Shown here one piece after another: positions 43,453 through 53,449 of a stretch of 64,000 bases of DNA. How positions within the stretch are numbered: the stretch's first letter is position 1; every line of letters begins with the position of its first letter. The translations under genes were made by a program, and so were the position numbers. The DNA comes from an uncultured delta proteobacterium (GTDB lineage Bacteria; Desulfobacterota; RBG-13-43-22): contig CAWBOS010000006.1 in the NCBI GenBank assembly GCA_963790475.1, positions 64,001-128,000 on the forward strand, read 5' to 3'. The notes under the pieces are model-generated. The model saw only the letters and a list, made by a program, of their open reading frames with translations. It made no database searches and was not told the DNA's origin.

Positions 43453-44322
43453 TTATCGGGGCATAAGTAAATCGACGATTCGAATCAATTCCTCTTCGGA
43501 ATGAAAATGGATTTCCAGCAATCCACCTTTTTTCTTCCTTTTCAGCTTTATTCGGGTCTTATATCTTTGAATCATGTCTTTAACCCAATCGTCTTCATAA
43601 ATTGGAGTAGCCGGAGAACCCTTCTTGGCCGGGACCCGGGCCTTTTTTTGGATCATCCGCTCTAATTCTCTGACGGAAAGGCCTTTTTCGACCACCTCTC
43701 CCGCCATTTTGTTTTGATCCAAAGCCGATTCCAGGCTCAGCAAGCACTTGGCATGGCCGAAAGATAAGGCCCCTTCGGCTATCTTTTCCTGAACCCCGGG
43801 CGACAATTTCAATAACCTTAAAAAATTGGCGACGGATGACCGGTCTTTTCCCACCCGGCGGGCCACGTCCTCTTGGGAGATATTGAATTCTTGAATCAGC
43901 CTCTGATAAGCTTCGGCCTCTTCCATGGCATTCAGGTTCTGCCTTTGAATATTCTCAATCAAGGCCAGTTCTAATTGAGCTGTCGGTTCGGCCTCGCGGA
44001 TCAGTACCGGGATTTCCGTTAGACCGGCCTTTTGGGCGGCACGCCATCTTCTTTCTCCGGCAATCAATTCATACCCATCGCCCACTTTCCGGACCAGCAA
44101 GGGTTGAATAATCCCTTTTTCCTTTATGGATTGAGCCAGCTCTTCTATAGCCGCTTCTTTAACTTTTTTTCGAGGCTGAAGGGGATTCGGCCGAACATCT
44201 TCAATCCCTACAAACAAAAAGGGCCGATTTTCGGCTTTATGAGGTTCGACGGACGGAATCAAAGCCCCCAGGCCCCGGCCCAATCCTTTCTTTTTAATAT
44301 TAAGCGTCTTGGTTTCTTCCAT
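43453..44322 (-). CDS. parB: Chromosome partitioning protein ParB/Spo0J
   Basis: LGRGLGALIP, QPR, IAGERRWRAA, ENIQR, HTH RSSVANFLRLL. Confidence 0.97.
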   Translation of the reverse strand: MEETKTLNIKKKGLGRGLGALIPSVEPHKAENRPFLFVGIEDVRPNPLQPRKKVKEAAIEELAQSIKEKGIIQPLLVRKVGDGYELIAGERRWRAAQKAGLTEIPVLIREAEPTAQLELALIENIQRQNLNAMEEAEAYQRLIQEFNISQEDVARRVGKDRSSVANFLRLLKLSPGVQEKIAEGALSFGHAKCLLSLESALDQNKMAGEVVEKGLSVRELERMIQKKARVPAKKGSPATPIYEDDWVKDMIQRYKTRIKLKRKKKGGLLEIHFHSEEELIRIVDLLMPR

Positions 44323-45088
44323 TGCCTTTCACTCCCGCCAATATTTCTTTGGCCAGTTCAAAATAGCTTTGGGCACCCTTTGATTGCGGATCATACAGAA
44401 GAACAGGCAACCCATGACTTGGACTTTCGCTGATTCTAACGTTTCTCGGGATAACAGTTTTAAAAACGAGATCTTTCAAATGGGTCCGGACTTCATTTTC
44501 CACCTGGGATGAGAGGTTGTTGCGTCCATCGAACATGGTCAGAAGAATCCCTTCTACGTAAAGAGAGGGGTTCAAATCCCTTTGAACGATCTGTATAGTA
44601 TTAAGGAGGTTACCCAACCCCTCCAAGGCATAATATTCACACTGGGTTGGAACAATAATGGACTGGGCTGCAGTCAGGGCATTAACCGTAAGTAACCCTA
44701 AAGAAGGAGGACAGTCAATAAAGAGATAGTCAAATTCTGGTCTTAGCGGTTCGATCTTTTCCTTCAGTATCTTTTCCCGGTTGGGCAGAGGCACCAGTTC
44801 AATATCCGCCCCCACCAAATCCATATCCGAAGGGATAATTTTTAATAAAGGGATGTCGGTTGGCAATATCAGGCCAGCCGGGTCGAGGTGGTCAATCAAA
44901 AGGTCATAGATGGAATATTCGAATTCCTGCTTATTGGCCCCGAGCCCGCTGGTGGCATTCCCCTGAGGGTCAAAGTCTATGAGCAGGGTTTTTTTCTCCA
45001 TAATGGCCAAAGCGGCGGCCAGATTAACGGCCGTAGCCGTTTTACCCACCCCCCCCTTTTGGTTAACCACACAGATGATCTTTCCCAT
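44300..45088 (-). CDS. parA: Chromosome partitioning ATPase ParA/Soj
   Basis: NQKGGVGKT, DPQGNATSGLG, DCPPSLG, IPRNVRISESPSHG. Confidence 0.97.
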   Translation of the reverse strand: MGKIICVVNQKGGVGKTATAVNLAAALAIMEKKTLLIDFDPQGNATSGLGANKQEFEYSIYDLLIDHLDPAGLILPTDIPLLKIIPSDMDLVGADIELVPLPNREKILKEKIEPLRPEFDYLFIDCPPSLGLLTVNALTAAQSIIVPTQCEYYALEGLGNLLNTIQIVQRDLNPSLYVEGILLTMFDGRNNLSSQVENEVRTHLKDLVFKTVIPRNVRISESPSHGLPVLLYDPQSKGAQSYFELAKEILAGVKGNGRNQDA

Positions 45089-45160
45089 CAAACCACCTTT
45101 TAAAAATGATGGCCCCTACTATTACATAAAATTGCCGTTTTGAAAAGGTTTTAATGTTCC

Positions 45161-46156
45161 GTGGCAGAGACCTTTGGTCACCCGTTGTTGCTGCTGGAGA
45201 CCTTTGTAGACCCCCAGCGGTTTAGGGGAACCGTGTATCAAGCGGCAATTGGGTCTATGTCGGGGACACCAAGGGGTTTCGACGAACCAGCCGGGGATAT
45301 AGCCCCACGGCCCAGTCCCCCAAAATGGTCTTTCTTAAACCCTTAAGCGCGGAGGCTCAGACCCTATTAGCTCAACCCACGCTTCCCTTATCTTATCGTA
45401 TTGGAGGACCCAGAATCATGTTGAAGGCCGAACAAATGAAATCCTTACCCTATTTTTTTCGAGCTATCCCCGATCCTCGCCGCTCTCAAGGACGACGGCA
45501 CCCTTTGGCCACCGTTTTGGGTATTGCCGCCGGGGCCATTCTGTGTGGCATGCGGGGCTATAAAGCCATCTCCGATTGGGCGGAAAGCCTTGGCCCCAAG
45601 GCCCGGGAACGTTTCCGTTGCCGTCGCCAAAACGGCCGTTATGTCGTTCCCAGTGAATACGTCATCCGGGATCTCCTGATCCGCATCCCTCCCCAGGATC
45701 TCGACCAAGCCTTGCAACGCTGGAACGATACTTATGCCCAACAGGACCAAAGTCTGGCCATTGATGGTAAAACCATGCGCAACGCTATTGATGATCAGGG
45801 TTATCAAACCCACATCATGAGCGTCGTCGGCCATCAGACCAAAACCTGCTACACCCAAAAAAAGTCGAATCCTTACCCCTAGACGGTGACGACCAAATCA
45901 AACGAACCAACGAGATCAAAACGGCCGCCCCTCTGCTCGAAAACATCAACATCCAGGGGAAGACCATTACTGCCGATGCTTTATTAACCCAACGAAAACT
46001 GGCCGAATATCTAGTCCAAGATCGTCAGGCCCATTATCACTTCACGGTCAAAGGAAACCAGTCCACACTCCTGCAAGATCTGACTTTATTCTTCCAGGAA
46101 CGTCAGGAACCGGAGTTCATTGACTATACCCCTTCCGACCATGGCCGGATTGAAAC
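45161..46156 (+). mobile_element. Internal fragment of an ISAs1-family element encoding a DUF4338-transposase fusion; both ends missing
   Basis: DUF4338-like GHPLLLLETFVDPQRF.GTVY.AA; transposase DPR..GRRH, AIDGKT, TNEI, TADAL.TQ, TVKGNQ, HGRIET, then abrupt end; A7G shift site at about 45857-45864. Confidence 0.85.
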
Positions 46157-46172
46157 TGTTCCACGTGGAACA
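46157..46172. promoter_or_regulatory. parS: parS centromere-like site
   Basis: TGTTCCACGTGGAACA perfect palindrome matching the widespread parS consensus, about 1 kb upstream of parA. Confidence 0.9.
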
Positions 46173-46607
46173 GTTAGGTAATAAATAGATAATATTTAAT
46201 AAAAAGATAAATGTCTTGTTGCCGGAGAATGAATGGAGGAGAATATTAGGTAGAGAAGGTCTTTAGTCTGGCAGGCTTTGAGTTCGCTGAAAACAGCTGA
46301 CTTCATTCCCAGAAAGACCGTTCTTGGTTTGATATATTTAATTTATTTAGTATATTCAATTAATTATGTTATTATTATGGTTTCCGGCAATGAATTCCCT
46401 GAATTCTTCAGTGCCTCAAACCCTGTTTTTTTTGAACAACCAGGGATTGAAAGACTCCCCTTTCAAATAGCTTCCCCCGGTAATATCCAAACAATAACGA
46501 TTTGCAATTATGCAAATTGGAATGTGAACTTCCAATATGCAAAGTATCGGAAGAGAGCGTTGCCCCGCAAGATCATTTCCCTTCCTTCACTCTCTCAAAG
46601 AAAAAGA

Positions 46608-47411
46608 CTATTCCGGCGATGAAAAACGAAGACCCTCTTCAGGTGGAAGGCTGAACCAGGTCGCCAGGACTCGACCCACCAGTTGCCCTGCGACATTAAA
46701 GACGGCCGTTCCGGCAAACAATTTTTTCCCATCAACAGCTACAGGCCAGGCAATAACCACACAAGGCTCCCCAACCGGGAGTGGAAGATCGATTTGTCCG
46801 ATGAGTCGACCTGACATACCCGGCTGATGGTCGGTCAATTCCAGGAAAGCAAAGGCCCCCGGACAGTCAAGGGCCGTCCAGATAAATTCAGGGCGGACAT
46901 AACCGGTATCATCGCCAAGTTCAGGTGCCGGAATCCAAGGCGCGGCCACGATTTCAGATCCATTGATACGGCCGGGATGTATCTTTAGCCCCTTCGCCTC
47001 AGAACCATCGGCCCCGCAACAAAAACAAAAGGGATGAATGCCAAGAGTTTTCCAACCGGGATAAGGGGATTCTTTTAAAGCGATTGAGGTTTTTGCCGCT
47101 TCGACGGCCATTTCATAATTTGGGGGTTTGGGTACTTCAAGATCGAGGGAAGCGGCCTTGGCTTGAACCACAACGTTTTCTCCATCCATCAGATAATAAT
47201 TCCCATCGCCCGGTGCGACCACCGGCATCTCATGGTCAACCGGTGTCGGCCTCCGAATTAACACCTCAGCCGGTCCGTCGATAAAGTTGGCCATTAAGCC
47301 ACAGACATAACCGCCATTAGCGATATTGGGGGGACCGACATAACCGGATGGGATCTTCAGCTTCGCAATTACATTTTTGTTCTGATTTTTTATCTCTTGC
47401 GGCTTATGCAT
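46608..47411 (-). CDS. Double hot-dog fold (thioesterase-like) protein
   Basis: GPPNIANGGYVCG, CFCCG, VRPEFIWTALDCPG. Confidence 0.7.
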   Translation of the reverse strand: MHKPQEIKNQNKNVIAKLKIPSGYVGPPNIANGGYVCGLMANFIDGPAEVLIRRPTPVDHEMPVVAPGDGNYYLMDGENVVVQAKAASLDLEVPKPPNYEMAVEAAKTSIALKESPYPGWKTLGIHPFCFCCGADGSEAKGLKIHPGRINGSEIVAAPWIPAPELGDDTGYVRPEFIWTALDCPGAFAFLELTDHQPGMSGRLIGQIDLPLPVGEPCVVIAWPVAVDGKKLFAGTAVFNVAGQLVGRVLATWFSLPPEEGLRFSSPE

Positions 47412-47703
47412 TATTACTGTCCTTTCTTCAACAAGTCGTTCTTACCCGCTAATAAGTTTTTCTTTTGAGTTTTCTAAGATCGACATCGTCGAATTGTAAT
47501 AACCCTATCAGGCGAGTCCTTTTTATAGGTAATCCTTATTTCTTGTCAAGATAATTAGACTCTATAATAATGAGGTAGTTTTGGCCTTCGGTTTTGAATT
47601 CATGAAGGATGAGGGCTTCATCGAAATATAAAATTGCTATTTTTGGATGGAGCCTTCAATAAATAGTAAAATTACAGAAATTACGTTTCTGATAAAATTT
47701 ATC

Positions 47704-47733
47704 TTGACAAACGTAAAATATTTGCAATATAAT
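47704..47733 (+). promoter_or_regulatory. Consensus sigma70 promoter of the R-M island
   Basis: TTGACA-18 nt-TATAAT. Confidence 0.7.
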
Positions 47734-47774
47734 GTTGCCGTAACGATATTTCAGCAATATATTTATGGTGCAGA

Positions 47775-48350
47775 GTGAAAGTTAAATTAAAAGATATCGC
47801 ATTAATTCAAATGGGTTATTCATTTCGGTCTCGCCTTGAATCGTCGGAAATCGGAACTGTATCCGTCATCCAGATGAAGGACCTGACGGACCAGAACCGT
47901 GTTGACAACAATTCTCTGACGTTGGTTGACATGGAAATGCCCAAGGAGCATCATCTCGTAAAACCGGGCGATCTTATTTTCCGATCCAGGGGGTTGACAA
48001 CTACGTCGGCGATCCTTTTAGATGATCCGGGCACGGCTATAGTGGCAGCCCCCCTTTTGAGGATCAGGGCGAAGGATCGTGACATTATGCCCGAGTATCT
48101 GAACTGGTTTATCAGCCAGAAGCCGGCCCAAACTTTTTTTGCCAGTCAGGCCAAAGGAACCACCCAAAGGATGATTAGTAAAGAGGCTTTGGATGAACTC
48201 GAAGTATTCGTGCCCTCTCTTGATCGGCAAAGGGCCATTGTTGCATTGGCCTTTTTGGCGGAGGAAGAGCAGCATATCATGGAAAAACTGGCTGAAAAAC
48301 GCAGGCAATATATTTCAACTGTTTTAATTCGCAAGGCGCAAGGAGCATAA
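47775..48350 (+). CDS. Half-size (single TRD) HsdS-like subunit
   Basis: VKLKDIA..G, GDLIFRSRG, PEYLNWFI, GTTQRMISKEAL..LEV.VP..RQ..I; 191 aa. Confidence 0.8.
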   Translation: MKVKLKDIALIQMGYSFRSRLESSEIGTVSVIQMKDLTDQNRVDNNSLTLVDMEMPKEHHLVKPGDLIFRSRGLTTTSAILLDDPGTAIVAAPLLRIRAKDRDIMPEYLNWFISQKPAQTFFASQAKGTTQRMISKEALDELEVFVPSLDRQRAIVALAFLAEEEQHIMEKLAEKRRQYISTVLIRKAQGA

Positions 48351-48354
48351 AATA

Positions 48355-49911
48355 ATGAATGGAAAAATTGACCAGAAAGACATAAACAACGCGGCCTGGG
48401 CCGCCTGCGACACCTTCCGGGGCGTTGTCGATCCGGCGCAGTACAAGGATTACATTCTGGTGATGCTCTTTGTAAAATACATCTCCGATGTCTGGAACGA
48501 CCATTATGAGAATTATCGCAAACAGTACGGGGATGATGATACCCGCATTCGCCGCCGGCTGGAACGCGAGCGGTTTGTCCTGCCCTATGCGGAACTGAAG
48601 AACCATGTGACGGGAGAGGTCGAAGACCGATTTCTGGCCGATTATTACAGTCTCTATGAACGGCGCGCTTCGGCCAACATCGGCGAACTGATCAATATCG
48701 TTCTGGATGCCATCGAAGAGACGAACAAGGCGAAACTGGAAGGGGTCTTCCGGAACATCGACTTCAACAGCGAGGCGAATCTCGGAAAGACCAAGGACCG
48801 AAACCGCCGTCTGAAGACACTCCTGGAGGATTTCAATAAACCTCAATTAGACATGAGCCCCAGCAAGGTTTCCGAAGATGTTATCGGCAACACCTACATT
48901 TACCTGATCGAGCGTTTTGCCACCGATGCCGGTAAGAAGGCGGGAGAATTCTACACGCCGCACAAGGTCTCCGAACTGGTGGCCAAACTGGCAGGTCCCA
49001 AGCCGGGGGACCGCATCTGCGATCCGGCCTGCGGTTCCGGCGGCTTGCTGATCGAGGTCGCCAGGGAAGTCAATGATCGCAATTTCGCCCTTTTCGGTAT
49101 GGAATCCAACGGCAGCACCTGGGCGCTGGCCCGGATGAACATGTTCCTGCACGGGGCCGACTCCGCCCGCATCGAATGGTGCGACACACTCAACAGCCCG
49201 GCGCTGGTGGAAAAGGACCGGCTGATGAAATTCGACATCGTCGTCGCCAATCCGCCTTTTTCTCTGGATAAATGGGGCGCCGAGGAGGCCCAGAACGACC
49301 GCTACAACCGCTTCTGGCGGGGCATACCGCCAAAGAGCAAAGGGGACTGGGCCTTTATCAGCCACATGGTGGAGGCGGCCCTTGAAAAAGAAGGGCGTGT
49401 GGCTGTGGTCGTTCCACATGGGGTGCTATTCAGGGGAGCAGCCGAAGGAAGAATCCGTCAGAAGATGATCGAGGAGAATATCCTCGATGCCGTCATCGGT
49501 CTGCCGGGGAACCTCTTTCCAACCACCTCGATTCCCGTCGCCATCCTGATCTTTGACCGCAGCCGCGAAAAAGGCGGGGTAAATGAGTCCCGCAAAAACG
49601 TGATCTTTGTTGACGCCAGCCGAGAGTACGTGCCCGGTAAAAATCAGAACGCCCTCTCCGATGACCATATCCGTAAAATCGTAAAAACGGTCAAGGCCCG
49701 TACAAAAGTTGAAAAGTACGCGCATGTCGCGACCTTCGAAGAAATCAGAGGGAACGACTTCAACCTTAATATCCCCCGTTATGTAGACACCTTCGAAGAG
49801 GAGGAAGAGATAGATATCGACGCCGTCCAGAAGGAGATTGACCAGCTTGAAGGCGAACTCGTCGAGGTCCGGGCGAAGATGGCCAAAATGCTTAAGGAGA
49901 TTAAGCGATGA
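48355..49911 (+). CDS. hsdM: Type I restriction-modification methyltransferase
   Basis: GEFYTP, DPACGSGG, NPPF (m6A), NLNIPRYVD. Confidence 0.97.
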   Translation: MNGKIDQKDINNAAWAACDTFRGVVDPAQYKDYILVMLFVKYISDVWNDHYENYRKQYGDDDTRIRRRLERERFVLPYAELKNHVTGEVEDRFLADYYSLYERRASANIGELINIVLDAIEETNKAKLEGVFRNIDFNSEANLGKTKDRNRRLKTLLEDFNKPQLDMSPSKVSEDVIGNTYIYLIERFATDAGKKAGEFYTPHKVSELVAKLAGPKPGDRICDPACGSGGLLIEVAREVNDRNFALFGMESNGSTWALARMNMFLHGADSARIEWCDTLNSPALVEKDRLMKFDIVVANPPFSLDKWGAEEAQNDRYNRFWRGIPPKSKGDWAFISHMVEAALEKEGRVAVVVPHGVLFRGAAEGRIRQKMIEENILDAVIGLPGNLFPTTSIPVAILIFDRSREKGGVNESRKNVIFVDASREYVPGKNQNALSDDHIRKIVKTVKARTKVEKYAHVATFEEIRGNDFNLNIPRYVDTFEEEEEIDIDAVQKEIDQLEGELVEVRAKMAKMLKEIKR

Positions 49912-50987
49912 CTACTAAAAAAAAGTCAAATGGGAGTGACACAGTTCCCGAAGACCCCGTTAAAGGGAACTTGCTGGTCTACCAGACCGACGATGGCCGG
50001 GTTAAGCTGGAAGTACGCCTGGAAAACGAAACAGTCTGGCTTACCCAGCAAATGATGGCGGAGCTTTTTCATTCGACCAAACAGAACATAAACCACCATA
50101 TTCAAAGTATTTATGATGAAGGCGAATTAAACCCGGAGGCAACTGTCAAAAAATATTTGACAGTTCAATTAGAGGGGGAAAGGCAGGTTCGCCGCAGTCT
50201 GGATTATTACAATTTGGACATGATCATCTCTGTCGGCTACCGCGTCAAGAGTCTGATTGCCACCCGTTTCCGAATCTGGGCAACCCAGCGATTGAAGGAG
50301 TATATCGTCAAGGGGTTCGTCATGGACGATGAACGTCTGAAAAATCCCCCAGTGGCCGGTTCCGCCATCCCCGACTATTTCGACGAGATGCTTGAACGTA
50401 TCCGCGATATCCGTGCCAGTGAACGCCGCATGTACCTGCGGGTGAAGGAAATATTTGCCATGGCAGGGGATTACGATCCCACTTGGGAGGAGACAACAAA
50501 GTTCTTCAGCGTCATTCAGAACAAGCTCCATTTTGCTGCAACCGGCCTGACGGCTGCAGAACTGATCAAAAGCCGTGCCGATCACGTTCAGCCAAATATG
50601 GGGCTGACAAACTGGAAGGCTGGGGAAGTCCGCAAAACCGACGTGACCATAGCCAAGAATTACCTGAAAGAAGACGAAATCGACGGGCTGAACCGGATCG
50701 TGGTCATGTGGTTGGACTATGCCGAAGATCAAGCCAATCGCCGCAAACAGGTTTTCATGAAGGATTGGGAACGGAAACTGGACGAGTTTTTAGCGTTCAA
50801 TGACCGGAAGGTGCTCCCTCACGCCGGAAGCGTCAGCAAGAAGGACGCGGACGAGTTTGCCAAGCAGGAGTATGACCATTTTGCCCAGCGCCGACGGGAA
50901 TACAAGGAAGCCATCGGCCAGGAGGAATCTATAAGGCTGCTTGAGGAGGCGGCCAAAAGACTGCCTAAGGGAAAGGGCGACATATGA
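49908..50987 (+). CDS. rhuM: RhuM-family protein
   Basis: TVWLTQ..MAELF, YNLDMIISVGYRVKS, DYFDEMLERIRDIRASE, QNKLH.A, AKNYL. Confidence 0.88.
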   Translation: MTTKKKSNGSDTVPEDPVKGNLLVYQTDDGRVKLEVRLENETVWLTQQMMAELFHSTKQNINHHIQSIYDEGELNPEATVKKYLTVQLEGERQVRRSLDYYNLDMIISVGYRVKSLIATRFRIWATQRLKEYIVKGFVMDDERLKNPPVAGSAIPDYFDEMLERIRDIRASERRMYLRVKEIFAMAGDYDPTWEETTKFFSVIQNKLHFAATGLTAAELIKSRADHVQPNMGLTNWKAGEVRKTDVTIAKNYLKEDEIDGLNRIVVMWLDYAEDQANRRKQVFMKDWERKLDEFLAFNDRKVLPHAGSVSKKDADEFAKQEYDHFAQRRREYKEAIGQEESIRLLEEAAKRLPKGKGDI

Positions 50988-51310
50988 ACGTTTCCAAACA
51001 ACCGTACGAAAATATCGTACGATTGAAATTGCCTGCCAGAAGAAAATATATGAATAAGGGTCCTGGAACGGCTCAAAAGGTGGGGACAAATTGTCCCCTC
51101 CTTTATCCTGAAAACTGGTGGATCAGGTTAAGGGCAGCTATAATCTCCGTGACCACCGAGATCGCAAGGAAAAAAGATACCCAGGGATTCAAGAAAACCG
51201 CACCGCCGCCCGGGAAGGTGGCCATATCGCCGGCAACGCCCGCAAGGCACTGGAAGCCAAGACGGGCACTCCGGTCGTCAGCAGCGAGAATTTCCTGAAT
51301 CCACCCCCAA
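50984..51310 (+). pseudogene. Internally deleted Bro-N/antirepressor-like gene relic
   Basis: Pieces QPYENIVRLKL, NLRDH, EIARKKD.QG, AAREGG.IAGNARKALE.KTG..VVS.ENFL in different frames. Confidence 0.55.
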
Positions 51311-51524
51311 AACGATTTTCGGAAACTGCAGCGAAGGCCTTCATCAAAACCCGGGCTAAGGCGTTGGCCCATGATTCGAAGGACTTGCCCAAAACCCGAC
51401 AGCGAGTGAAAGGGAAGATCCACAAAGTTATCGAGGAAGTTGATGGCACAATAACAGAAACCCTTTATGGATCGGAGAAGATAGCGAAACGATTGAAGCC
51501 GGAGAGGAAGTTGGAGGGAGGGAA

Positions 51525-52651
51525 ATGAAGATCTGGAAGAAGGCCACTCTTAAGGATTTGGTCGATCTTCAGCGAGGATATGATCTGCCTTCCCAAAATC
51601 GAATTCCAGGAAATATTCCCGTAATGGGTGGCGGTGGGTTGGCTGGATACCATGCTGAATCAAATGTGAGAGGTCCGGGAGTCATCATCGGTCGAAGTGG
51701 GGCAGGCTTCGGAACAGCTTTTTATTGTGAGTCCGATTATTGGGCTCACAATACAGGTCTTTTTGTCAGTAATTTTAAGGGAAACCACCCCAAATACGTG
51801 TTTCATTTTTTGGATCGTTTTGATTTTTCTAGGTACAATTCAGGTGGTGCTCAACCATCGTTGAATAGGAATTTTATCTATCCGATAGAAATTGAAATAC
51901 CTCCATATTCAGAACAAAAAAGCATAGCACAGCTGCTTGACACCTGGGACCAGGCCGTCGAAAAGACCGAGCGGCTGATCAAAGCCAGGAAAAAAAGATT
52001 CTCATGGCTTGGACAGGCGTTAGTTAATAATCAAAAAGATAAACCTGGCATGCATAATGTGATACTTGGGGATGTATGCAAACCTGTAACAAGAAAAAAT
52101 AATATTGGAGAAACAAATATTCTGACGTCTTTGGCGCAGCATGGCCTCATAAGTCAGCTTGATTATTATAGCAAAAGTGTCTCCGGTGCCGATCTGAGTG
52201 GTTATTATTTACTGAAGAAAGGTGAATTTGCCTACAATAGGAGTTCTGCAAGCGGCTATCCTTATGGCGCAATAAAGCGCCTGGACTATTGTGATCAAGG
52301 TGCCTTCTCTACACTCTACATTTGTTTCAAAATTTCAGATAGAGAGAAGATATATTCAGATTTTTTATGCCACTACTTCGAATCCGGATGCCTGAACCGC
52401 CCGTTGAGGGAAATTTGTCAAGCTGGCGCAAGGAGCCATGGCTTGTTGAATGTCTCAAAAGGGGAATTCTTTAATTTAAAACTCTTTTTACCACCAATCG
52501 ACCAACAAAAAAAATTGCTTCCATCATCAACACCGCTCGCCAGGAAATAGACCTTCTAAAAAAACAGGCAGACGCCTTTCGAAAACAGAAACGCGGCCTG
52601 ATGCAGAAATTATTAACCGGTAAATGGCGGGTGAAAAATAACGTATCGTAG
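51525..52651 (+). CDS. hsdS: Type I R-M specificity subunit, frameshifted at an A8 tract near the 3' end
   Basis: Two TRDs, PPYSEQKSIA spacer; adding one A at 52507-52514 gives QQKKIASII..KQKRGLMQKLLTGKWRV, stop at 52651. Confidence 0.88.
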
Positions 52652-52774
52652 AGGCAGGCACGGGGGCCTGCCCCTACACCTGCCCTGATTTGTCCCGGTG
52701 ATCATTACAAAACAGGATGAACAAAATTGAATTGGCGACCATCATGACGGGCAACCACGGGGGGTTGCCCCTAC
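52648..52774. repeat. REP palindromes upstream of RAYT
   Basis: GTAGAGGCAGGCACGGGGGCCTGCCCCTAC (52648-52677), GGGCAACCACGGGGGGTTGCCCCTAC (52749-52774). Confidence 0.85.
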
Positions 52775-52792
52775 ACGTCCCAACGGGGATAC

Positions 52793-53449
52793 ATGATCGA
52801 TAACGATAACATCCATCAACGCCGTTCCATTCGATTGCCGGGATATGATTATTCCCAATTGGGTGCCTATTTTATCACCATCTGCACGCAAGACAGGAAA
52901 TGCCTATTTGGAAACATTGTGGACGGAAAAATGACATCTAACGATGCGGGCACCATAATTCAAACCGTTTGGCGCGAATTACCAATCCATTACAACGGAA
53001 CAGAAATTGATGAATTCGTCGTCATGCCTAATCACATCCACGGTATCGTTATTGTAGGGGCAACCCCCCGAATCGGGCAGGCACAGGAGGGAGGGCAACC
53101 ACAGGGGGTTGCCCCTACGGAAAATATTACGGGAAATACGGAACCGTTGTCGTTGCCGGATGTGGTGCATCGGTTCAAGACCATGACCACCAAACGTTAT
53201 GCCGATGGTGTTAAACAATATGGGTGGCCTCCATTTCCTGGCAGATTATGGCAACGTAATTATTGGGAACACATTGTGCGCAATGAAATCGAATTGAATA
53301 AGATTCGTGAATACATACGGAATAATTCCACACAATGGGACCATGACCGATTAAATTCATGGGCATACGTAGGGGCAGGCCCCCGTGCCTGCCCGAATGG
53401 CGTGAAGGAATCCCACGCCTATTACGGAGAAAAATCATGGATGATGTGA
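52793..53449 (+). mobile_element. REP-associated tyrosine transposase (RAYT, IS200/HUH-like)
   Basis: RRSIRL.GYDYS..GAYFITICT, VVMPNHIHG, WQRNYWEHIVR, YI.NN; GTAG-type REPs flanking and inside (53054-53118, 53369-53394). Confidence 0.9.

Noticed and set aside
46278-46622. 114-aa ORF downstream of parS
   Set aside because: TTG start, AT-rich low-complexity sequence, no RBS or motifs
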